64,000 nt of DNA from positions 180,296,001 through 180,360,000 of the forward strand of contig NC_042998.1 in NCBI RefSeq assembly GCF_006345805.1, given 5' to 3'. This document shows, piece after piece, positions 53,967-64,000 of this stretch. A program made the position numbers and the translations under genes. The DNA comes from Octopus sinensis. Lineage: Eukaryota. The first letter of the stretch is position 1. The number at the start of each line of letters is the position of its first letter. The notes below the pieces were generated by a model. That model was not told the DNA's origin. It was given only the letters and a program-made list of their open reading frames with translations, and did no database searches.

Positions 53967-55137
53967 TACTAGCAGTATCGCCCGGCGTTGCTCGGGTTTG
54001 TAAGGGAAATAACTATATAAGCATTTTAGTGAGTTATAGCAAAAAAATAGCAAAAAAAGCATTAAAAATGGAATAAAAAATTATGGTAATTTTTTTTTTA
54101 ATCGTTGACTCATCGTAGACATTTTTAGAGAGTTACTTCCCTTATAATAGCGAAAAAATGCATTAAAATGGAAAAAATGATGGTAATTTGTTTTAATCGT
54201 AGACTCATCGTAGACGCGCGCTAATACCAGAAGGGCTCGATATGAATCACGACTATAAGATACCCGGTTTTGGTTAAACTGCACCGCAAAATGTGGGTGT
54301 AGTTAGGAATCTAAATCGTAGGAGACAGACACACAACTTCACTTTTATATATAAAGATTTGTGCAACAACTAAAACATTCGGTTGTGCAAATTGTTTGCA
54401 CAGGAAACCTGCCCTGTGTGGCGGTTTTTACCGTTTTTGTGGATCTGTTTCAGCTTGACGAGGGAGGGAAGAAGGGGGAGAAGCAACACAAGTGCAGGTG
54501 TGAGCATGGACGCCAACTCCGCCGCCATCGACACACGAAAAAATTGGAAGAAATGGAAAAAAATGATGTTGAGTTATTTTTAAAATCGTAGACTCATCGT
54601 AGACGCGCGCTAATACCCAGAAGGGCTTGATATTAATCACGACTATAAGATACCCGAATCTGGTTAAACTGCACCGCAAAATGTGGGAGTAGTTAGGAAT
54701 CTAAATCGTAGGAGGCAGACACACAACTTCACTTTTATATATATACTAGCAGTATTGCCCGGCGTTGCTCGGGTTTGTAAGGGAAATAACTATATAAGCA
54801 TTTTTAGAGAGTTACTTCCCTTATAGATGCCAATTCGGGCTTTCTTAGCCATTTCTGTTTTGGTGTCTTCAAGCCATGAAGTCGTTGTTCTAAAAGAACG
54901 CTGGTCTCCTTGACAACGCATTACGACATTGATTTCATTACACTCCCTTCCCCACAGCTTCACGAGGGAGGGTAGGGGGAGAAGCAAACAGGTGCAGCTG
55001 TGACTATGGACACCAACTCCGCCGATATGAATCACGACTATAAGATACCCGGATTTGGTTAAACTGCACCGCAAAATGTGGGAGGAGTTAGGAATCTAAA
55101 TCGAAGGGGACAGACACTCACACAACTAGAGTTTTAT

Positions 55138-55140
<3 letters not shown>
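53967..55140 (+). mobile_element. Three head-to-tail non-autonomous Helitron/Helentron-like units
   Basis: Starts tactagcagtatcgcccggcgttgctcggg at 53967 and 54744; common ends ...gacagacacacaacttcacttttatata. Confidence 0.7.
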
Positions 55141-55168
<28 letters not shown>

Positions 55169-55194
55169 TATATATATTATATATATATATATAC

Positions 55195-55228
<34 letters not shown>

Positions 55229-56267
55229 ATATCATCACGAGTGACAAGCGAATTATTAGCCGTGCAGACAAACTAATAAATATGCATACCTTATAAGATA
55301 CGTCGGGCTTCTTTTCGGTTTCGTCTATCAAATCTAAGCGCAAACATCTGGTCAGCCCTGGTCTACAGCAAAAGATTCTCTCGCTAATAATGCCACGCAG
55401 TGGGACTTAACGCAATACTACGTGATTGAAAAGCAAACTTTTTATCACACTGCCATAACTACAGCAAAGGCTTTATTTGTAATATAGTAACATTTTTCTG
55501 AAAAATAGTTCGATATAATTTAATTATTATATGAAGCCTGGTTCTATATGAAAATAATCAACTCCGGTGATAACTAGATAATTATCTACATTATTTTAAT
55601 TGAATAACAAAGTACTTACACTATATTTCCTATGACTTTCGACGGAAATAAATTACGTAATAGTGCTTGAATACTGAATATTTAATGTTTGATAGTGTAT
55701 ATTATGCATAGTTAAGGAAATCTCTGTACAATTTTAGTTGTGATTCCAAGTGCTGCATTATATGTGTATATTTTGCAAATTTAAATATTCACACATTTAC
55801 ATCAAAAAATATATGCTTACAAGCATAAATGTATATATATATATATATATATATATGCGTGTATGTAACTTAAAGTGGATAACTTCGTAGGTCGTCGGAT
55901 ACTGCATTATTACCCTTGAGAGAACCTTCCATAGAGGTGTTTGGTGCATAAAGCCATAGACGTAGAACGTAACAGATTGCAATCGAGTCCCGGCGTTCAG
56001 AACAGACAATTCTCATCTGCTACGATCTATGTGAATGCTTTTATGCACCTAACAGCTATGTGAGAGGTTCTCTCGAGGTTAATAACGCGCGGTATTCAGT
56101 GTTCTAACTAAGACGACCACGCTTAGTTGGATATAAAGATTGCTCTTTTGTACTAATACTGTTTCCATCACTCTTAATAAATTCATATGTGTGTGTGTGT
56201 GCATATATGAATATCAAGTACACGTGTATATGTACTATATGTATATCATATATATGTATATATATAT

Positions 56268-56652
56268 ACTCTTTTACTTGTTTCAGTCATTTGACGGTGG
56301 CCATGCTGGAGCACCGCCCCGAGGACTTATGCTTTGTATGCTTAGTACTCATTCTATCGGTCTCTTTTGCCGAACCGCTAAGTTACGGGGACATAAACAC
56401 ACCAGCATCGGTTGTCAAGCGATGTTGTGGGGACAAACACAGACACACAAACATATACACACAGATATATATATATATATACATATATACGACGGGCTTC
56501 TTTCAGTTTCCGCCTACCAAATCCACTCACAAGGCTTTGGTCAACCCGAGGCTATAGTAGAAGACACTTGCCCAAGGTGCCACGCAGTGGGGCTGAACCC
56601 GGAACTCTGTGGTTTATAAACAAACTACTTACCACACAGCCACTCCTATGCC

Positions 56653-56653
<1 letters not shown>
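56268..56653 (-). mobile_element. Full-length SINE family C
   Basis: Head, CORE-like box, internal microsatellite and tail. Confidence 0.9.
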
Positions 56654-56708
<55 letters not shown>

Positions 56709-57289
56709 TACAAACACACATATATGTATGTATGCTGTATTTTGTGTGTGCCTGTATAAAAGCACGGACAGGAAAATTAATTATAAAGAATTTTAGTAGG
56801 GCTTATGCATTCGATGATGATAACTCATTCTTGCTCATTACTCAGAGGTTTTCGGTAGGCGTGAAGCTCTTGGGAGGAACGAAGGCATCATCTGAACAGC
56901 ATTCTATTATACTGAGATACAAAGAACATCTAGAGTATGTAGTTTGGTGGAGCTAGAGAAAAAAAACCTCATCTGGTTTACCTATAAGCATTAACGTTTA
57001 TCGTAATTTATCCGGAAAATTCTTTGGCTTTATTCGAGATCTTTTTATGAAAATAACTGAAGCTGAACTGTTCACATCGCGATATTTACCCCCACAAAAA
57101 CGCATGTGCAGAGGAATGATATAATATACAGATGTTAACAAAACGGAAAATCGATTTAAAAGAATATACATATATCATACTCACACCTTCAGTTACAGAA
57201 ATAGAATCAACTGCGTTCTTGATTCCAATGCTTCTAAAAGCTGAATAGCAATGGAAATTTCAACATTACTCGAAGCTGAATCATCACTG

Positions 57290-58612
57290 AAACTACAATC
57301 ACTGAAGCCTTTTCGTCCTTTACATTTTTCGGTGTATGTTTATACGAATCACCCATAACCTCATATCCATACTTACGGCATAGTAGCCAGTGGAGATTTT
57401 GGGCTGCCTTGTCGTGTCTGCGCTTGTACCCTTTCTGCGCAAGATGTTCACAAATACTAACAATGTGAATCACGCTTTCGACTCTCTTCCCACACATTCT
57501 GCAGAGGTCCGTTCCACTTGTGTGGTATATATACTTTTTCACTGAGCTGATATTCAATGCAGGGATGATTAGGCTTTCAGTATTCCTTTTTAAGTCACCC
57601 TTGTTGAGCCACCTGCGTGATGCTTCCTGGTCTTTTAATTTGTTGGTTTCACGGTGGAATTGACCACGTAATTCCATACGGAGTAGGTTTTCTTCTCTCT
57701 CGTTGGCTGTTCTTCCTCGAAATTCATGAGCACTCCCAAGTTCATTTTTGTTAACCCTTCTGCACTTGCAGCATAGTGGAGCAGTTCTCGTTTGTTGTTC
57801 CCTAAATATTCTGCCATGTTTCGTTTTTTTACTGTTGATGCACTCCAGTATGCTAATCAGCCCACATCCACCTTTACTTCTCTTCATGTAGAACCTGTGT
57901 ACATTTGCCTTAGGGTGGAGGGCACCATGCATTGTCCTTGCCTTCCGGGTAGCGCGATCGAGTTGGTCAATCTCTGCTTGCGTCCATTTCAAGATGGGTG
58001 CACTACAACGGAGTACAGCAACAGCCCACCCTTTGATGGCAGTCACAAGGTTACCTGAGTTGAGCTTTGATTTCAAGAGAAGTTTGAGGCGCTTGAAATA
58101 TGCAGTGATGACCTTGTCTTTCATTTCATTGTGCAAGATATTGTCCAGCTTCAAGACCCCAAGGTACTTGTACCCATCATTATCCGGGTCTTCCGCCCAT
58201 GACATCGCCAAATTTGTGTGTCTTTCCTTGCAGTCAGCCAGGATAGTCTTATCGATCAGTAATTGATCTTTCTTTCCTCTGTTCCTACGCCTACACCCCT
58301 TTTGTTCCACAGGTCTTTCTCCTCTAGATACTTATAGATGCTTTAAGTTTCCACATCTGTAGCAAACAAGATATTGGTCGGAAATTTCCAACCGCATTCC
58401 CTTTACTTGGATCCTTCTGGTATAGTAACATTATTTTTGTCATTCAGGCCGGTTCTTGGATGTCACTACTCAGTATTTCGTCCAGCTGTCTCGCAATTCT
58501 CCAGTGTAGAGCTGTCACGTTTTTTAAGCCAAAAGCCCTAAAGCCCCCATCTGGCCCAGGCGCTTTGCAGTTAGGAATTCTCCTGCACTGTTCTCTAATC
58601 ATCTCTTCAGTT
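57290..58612 (-). mobile_element. R4/Dong-clade fragment with the RT core deleted in frame
   Basis: [16 protein letters not shown] is fused directly to GYKYLG; LCRMCG...HIVSIC knuckle and RRHD motif follow. Confidence 0.88.
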
Positions 58613-58811
58613 CTTCTTCTTCTTCTTCTTCTTCTTCTTCTTCTTCTTCTTCTTCTTCTTCTCCTCCCCTCCTCTTCCTTCTTCTTCTTCTTCTTCTTCT
58701 TCTTCACCTGCATCTTCTTCTTCTTCCCTCTTCTTCTTCTTCTTCTTCTTCTTCTTCTTCTTCTTCTTCCTCTCCTGCTTCTTCTTCTTCTTCTTGTTAT
58801 CATCATCATCA

Positions 58812-58858
<47 letters not shown>

Positions 58859-58872
58859 GTTATTATTATTAT
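58612..58872. repeat. Compound (CTT)n(ATC)n(ATT)n microsatellite separating two LINE fragments
   Basis: Direct inspection. Confidence 0.95.
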
Positions 58873-58874
58873 TT

Positions 58875-60700
58875 AAATGAGACCAGTATCGAGCACCCCT
58901 GCCCCCAACCTGTGGTACATTGACTGAAGCAAGCTCAAGTTTGAAACCGAAAAGATAGATTCGGTTCTTGGACTATTCCAGACGAGAAGTATAACTGAAA
59001 CTAACAAGATTATTTGGGCTGCAGCTATGGTTGCTGCAGATAGAGTTGTACACAAAAGAAAATAACAAACAGAAGGTAAAGAACCATTCTGGCGTAGACG
59101 AATTTGTGAGAAACAAAGAAAGTTAAAAAGACATCGAGGGCAAGTTGATAGATTGAGAAGAAGGGAATTTCAGAATGAAAGCATAAGAATTATGCTGAAA
59201 AGAACATATAGAATAAGAGATACAAGTTATGATGTGATATTGGAAGACTTGAAACAAAGAGTAGTAGTAATCAAAGTAAAACTGGAAAGAAATGAGAATA
59301 GAAAAAGACAGTTCAGACAAAGCAGATTGTTTGAAGTTAATCAGAAGAAACTGTTTCAGGAACTAGATGCGCAAATACAGATAACAATGATACCAGATGC
59401 AGAGGAAAGCAAGCCATTCTCGTGAGGGATCTGAGAATAACTTGTAGAGCATAATGATTAAGCGGAGTGGCTGCATGAAATCCAAGATAGGCTTACAAAT
59501 ATAGAAGTCTAAGAAGTCGTAAAGATAACTACAGAAATGATTTTTAAAAAAGTAGTTAAGAAAATTCTCAAATTGAAAGAGTCCAGGACCAGATGGGGTC
59601 CAAGGGTATTGGATGAAGAAGCTGAGAGAGCTCCATGAAAGGATAGCACAACAGCTAGATGGGAGCTGGCGGGAAGGCTTAATACGCAGCTGGATGACAA
59701 AGGGAAATACATTGTTATGTGCTAAGGAGCCTGAAAAGGGAAATGTTGCATCCAACTTTAGGCAACATGCATTCTGCTAATATAAAAACTAATGTCTACT
59801 TCTTTAGCCGATGAATTGTACAGATACTTGAAAACAGTTGAGCTGCTACCCGTTGAAGAGAAAGGGTGCCGAAAAGGAGCCGGGGAATGAAGGATCAGCT
59901 CTTAATTGATACTCTAATAATCAGGAACTGCAAGAGAAGGCATACAAACCTCAGCATGGCATGGGTTGACTATCGCAAAGCATACGATATGCTACCACAC
60001 AAATGGATAATAAGAACAATGGAAATGTATGGAGTAGCAGAGAATATGAGAGGCCTTATATTGAATAGTATGAAATACTGGAGAACGGAATTGACAGCAG
60101 CGAAGCAAATACTAGGAGAGGTGAAAATCAAGAGAGGTTATGTGAAATGCACGGCCTGAACAGAGCACGGAAATGGTGCGATCATGAACCAGAAGGAGTC
60201 ACCGAGAACAAGGATACCGGTGGGATTTAACAATCCAGTGTGACTCCCTAATCGATGCTCGGAGACCAGATAGTGTTGTGGTAGATGAAGGATAAAAGGA
60301 GATTAAGATTATAGACATTTCAACACCCGAGGATGCATGAATATATGACAAGGAACTTCAAGAGATTGGAAAGTACAAAACTACTAAAAGAGGAAATTGC
60401 AAGAATATAAACTATGAGGAGAGTGTCTGTCATTCCAGTAGTTACAGGAGCACTCGGAGCACTAACAACCAAGTTCTAGAAATATATCAGAGACATAGGA
60501 ATTGATACAAAAGTATAGCAAGCCCGAAAACCTACTCAACTAGAGACAGCTAGGATTTGGGGATGCGGAATGTCTCCGAGGATAATTAACAACCATGTAC
60601 CAAAGCTTATAATGTGCGGGAAGAGACCATGTGAGGCTTCTGACAGCAGGTTGCTGTCTGCACTCACATAATCTACCAGAGCAAAATAGACCGAGCTCCC
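58875..60700 (+). mobile_element. R4/Dong-clade fragment with a large internal deletion
   Basis: [33 protein letters not shown], then a jump near 60137 to the RLE region (IPVVTGALG). Confidence 0.85.
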
Positions 60701-60734
60701 TGATGATGGTTATGATGATGATGATGATGATATC

Positions 60735-61265
60735 TTGACGTGAGGTCAATTTCGCTCAAATATGGCTGTGATGCATGTGCCTGGTGTACCCTTATCAATC
60801 GTGAAGTCATGGTGGCTATATTGGGTATCATACATTTATACCCCAGTGTCACTTTGGTGACATGTATTGCTCTTTCACTCAATAATAATATTAATAATAA
60901 TAAGTTATCATGTACATTGTTTTGTCTTCGTATAAAAGATGGGCTACAGTAAATATTCTGCTCAATACCTCAGATTTGCTTGGATAATTCACCTTTGGAA
61001 ACATGGGTAGTTCGTTCAACATCCTTAAACAATCCTTATTCATGGTCTTTTTGAGCGTGATGGGATACTCGACCAGAAGAAAATCCTGACTGGGCCCCAA
61101 CTGCAAGATCATGCGCTGTTTATCTTGATATGAGATCACCATGTCGCGCACATATGGTTGTGATGCATGTGCCTGGTGTACCCTTATCAGACGGGTAGTC
61201 ATGATGGGTATACTGGGCTTCGTATATTTTACCCCAGCGTCACTTGTTGGACTGCTCTCTCACTC

Positions 61266-61303
<38 letters not shown>

Positions 61304-61307
61304 TAAC

Positions 61308-61379
<72 letters not shown>

Positions 61380-61862
61380 TGTTTTGTCTTGGTATAAACG
61401 ATGGGCTACAGCAAATATTCTGCTCAATACCACAGATTTGCTTGTCAGTTGTTTGACCGTAACCAGTTGAGCATGTCCCTTAGTGGCTGACGATATGTGC
61501 ATCTCTGATCACGAGCAGAAGTAGTGAGGGAGCATCATAACCATGTGTTGAGAGGGATTCTTTGGGGTTTGAATAATTCACCTCTGGAAACATGGGTGGT
61601 TCTTTCAACATCCTTAAACAACCCTTATTCAGGGACCTTTTGAGCGGGATGGGCTACTCAACCTGAAGAAAATTCTAACTGGGCCCCACCTGCAAGGTCA
61701 TGTGCTGTTTATCTTGATATGAGATCACCATGTCGCGCACATATGGTTGTGATGCATGTGCCTGGTGTACCCTTATCAGACGGGTAGTCATGATGGGTAT
61801 ATTGGGCTTCGTATATGTTACCCCAGTGTCACTTTGATGGCATGCACTGCTCTCTCACTCAA
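60735..61862 (+). mobile_element. Three tandem copies of a non-coding repeat, each ending in ctcactc(AAT)n
   Basis: Shared 3' segment at 60760-60880, 61150-61265 and 61740-61862; copies 2 and 3 share the 5' ttgttttgtctt..gtataaa.gatgggctacag. Confidence 0.85.
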
Positions 61863-61869
61863 TAATAAT

Positions 61870-63945
61870 AATACCTATAAGATTTTGATATCTATTCTAG
61901 TGGAGAAAACATATACGTTTATGGAAGAGTATAACCTCTTTCCCACTGAACAAAATGGATGCAGACGAGGCTCATACGGATGCAAAGATCAGCTCCTAAT
62001 TAATCGCATGATCTTTGAGAACTGCCATAACAAGCGCAGAAATCTTAGCTCTTCATGGATTGATTATAAAAAAACCTTTGACAGTATACCACATTTGTGG
62101 ATTCTGAAATCGCTGGACATTTTCAAAATTTCTCCTGTGATTTCAGATTTTTAAAAAAAGTATAATATACTTTTTTTTAAAAAGTATAATATAATTGGAA
62201 CTCGAAGTTCCAATTATATCATTCTGATGGAGTATTACGCTCAGACAATATTAGCATAAACTGTGACATTTTCCAAGGTGACTCACTTTCACCACTAATT
62301 TACTGCATAGCTCTAATTCCACTCTAAAGTGAACTGAATAGAACAGGATATAGCTAAAAAATTGACAAGAAAATAAGCCATCTATTTTATATGGATGATT
62401 TAAAACTATATGGCAAAGATGATGAAGAGCTTCAAGGACTACTACATACTGTGAAAGGATTCAGTGATGATATCGAGATGGAGTTTGGCATTGAAAAGTG
62501 TGCCAAAGCCACTTTTAAGAAAGAGAAATTTGTAAAGTCAAGTTCAATCGAATTAGATGTTGAAACAGTAATAAAGGAACTTGAGCAGAAATATACCTAT
62601 AAATAACTAGAAATAAATGAAGGCTGTGGTATTCGGCATGCAAGCATGAAAGAGAAGGTTAGGAAGAAATGTTATAGAAGAGTTGGAGCAGTCCTGAAGT
62701 CTGAGCTGAATGCATACAATAAGGTGTTAGCCATAAATTCCTTAGCAGTCCCAGTTGTTCTTTATAGCTTCAATGTGCTTAACTGGAATACCAGTGAAGT
62801 AATGAAAATTGATAGAAACATCGGAAAGCTACTCACTTGTAATAAGATACACCATCCAAAGGCAGACGTGGATCGTATTTACCTTCCCAGAGCTCAGGGA
62901 GGTCGAGGCATGATCCTGCGTGAACTTACGTACAAAAGCACCACAATCGGACTGGCCAAATACCTTGAAACAACCAACGATCGGATGCTAAAACTTGTTG
63001 AAAAACATGAAAGACTGAAAAAAATTCGCTTTATTCTGAAAGAGAGCCAAAAGTTCGCTACTGATTTTTTAGATACCTACCAGATTGATCAGGTTGTAGG
63101 AAATGCGCCAACTGCTGTTGCAAAGAAAATAAAATTAATTGCAAAGACAAAAGCACATGAAAAATTAGCGAGCAGATGGGAACAGAAACCTCTGCAGGGC
63201 AAGTATGTGGCCCGTAGCAAACAAGCTGATGTCGACCAGAAACACACGCATCAATGGTTACAAAGCTCAGGACGAAAAGCAGAGAGTGAAGGTTTCATAT
63301 TAGCTGATCAAGACCAAAGCTTATTAATCCGGAGATACCAAGCCAATGTGATAAAAATGGAGCTGACCCAATATGCCGATTCTGTAACGATGAGATTGAA
63401 ACTATAGACCACCTAATCTAAGGGTGTAGAGTCTTAGCACCTGTAGAATATAAAGCAAGACATGACAGAGTCGGTCAGTATTTACACTGGACAATATGTC
63501 GGCATTATACGTAAATCAAAACCACTGACAAATGGTATAAACACCATCCTGAAGCTGTGGCTGAGGTAGAAAATGTTTCGACTCTCAGGGACTTCCCCGT
63601 ACATATCGACAAAACTATAAATTCGAATAAACCGGATATTATTATAAAAGATCAGACAAAAAAGGTGTGTTTATTAATTGACATGAGTATTCTATGCGAT
63701 CACAATATAGCGGCGAAAGAATTTGACAAGATCAGTAAATATAAAGACTCGCTAATAGAAATTGAAAAAATGTGGCATCTCAAGGTGGCTACAGTACCAG
63801 TGATTGTAGGATCTCTAGGAATGATAACAAAAAGGTACTGAAACCTATTTGAAAATGATACCAGGCTTAACATCCCTACAGGAAGTGCAAAAAGTCGTGT
63901 TAACTCGAACGACTCATGTACTGAGAAAAGCATTATCGCTGTGAA
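61870..63945 (+). mobile_element. 5'-truncated R4/Dong-clade retrotransposon, least decayed copy
   Basis: GCKDQLLIN, IFQGDSLSPL, YMDDLKLY, ARHDRVG and KPDIIIKD...LIDMSI..KISKYKD motifs (RT plus RLE) with few stops. Confidence 0.93.
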
Positions 63946-64000
63946 AACAACATCTATTCATGAATTTATTTATTTCTTAATTTTTTTTTTTTAATACATA

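Noticed and set aside
61380-61450. HDV-like ribozyme at the 5' end of the (AAT)n-tailed unit
   Set aside because: P2-like pairing (AGCAAA/TTTGCT) exists, but P3 and P1.1 could not be formed by hand.

Overview
This is AT-rich, intron-scale animal genomic DNA dense in microsatellites. The SINE families and repeat landscape suggest an octopus or related coleoid cephalopod (inference from family recognition; no database search was possible). Most of the window is repeats: three tRNA-derived SINE families, CR1-, RTE- and R4/Dong-clade LINE fragments, Penelope-like element (PLE) fragments, mariner and maT DNA transposon fossils, MITEs/foldbacks and tandem Helitron-like units. Nearly all ORFs in the supplied track are microsatellite artefacts or transposon fragments. 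I could splice by hand one plausible short-exon, minus-strand host gene of unknown product (about 1182-8540, possible 5' UTR exon near 10360), with one unresolved phase gap. The most notable signals are: (1) several unrelated minimal type-I hammerhead ribozyme motifs in PLE-type repeats, one fused behind a tRNA-like Pol III head; (2) PLE-type inverted arms, one pair 100% identical and bracketing a local duplication; (3) SINE multimers that restart at a fixed junction; (4) a microsatellite-embedded R4/Dong cluster at 57-64 kb. No CRISPR arrays, rRNA genes or convincing functional tRNA genes were seen.
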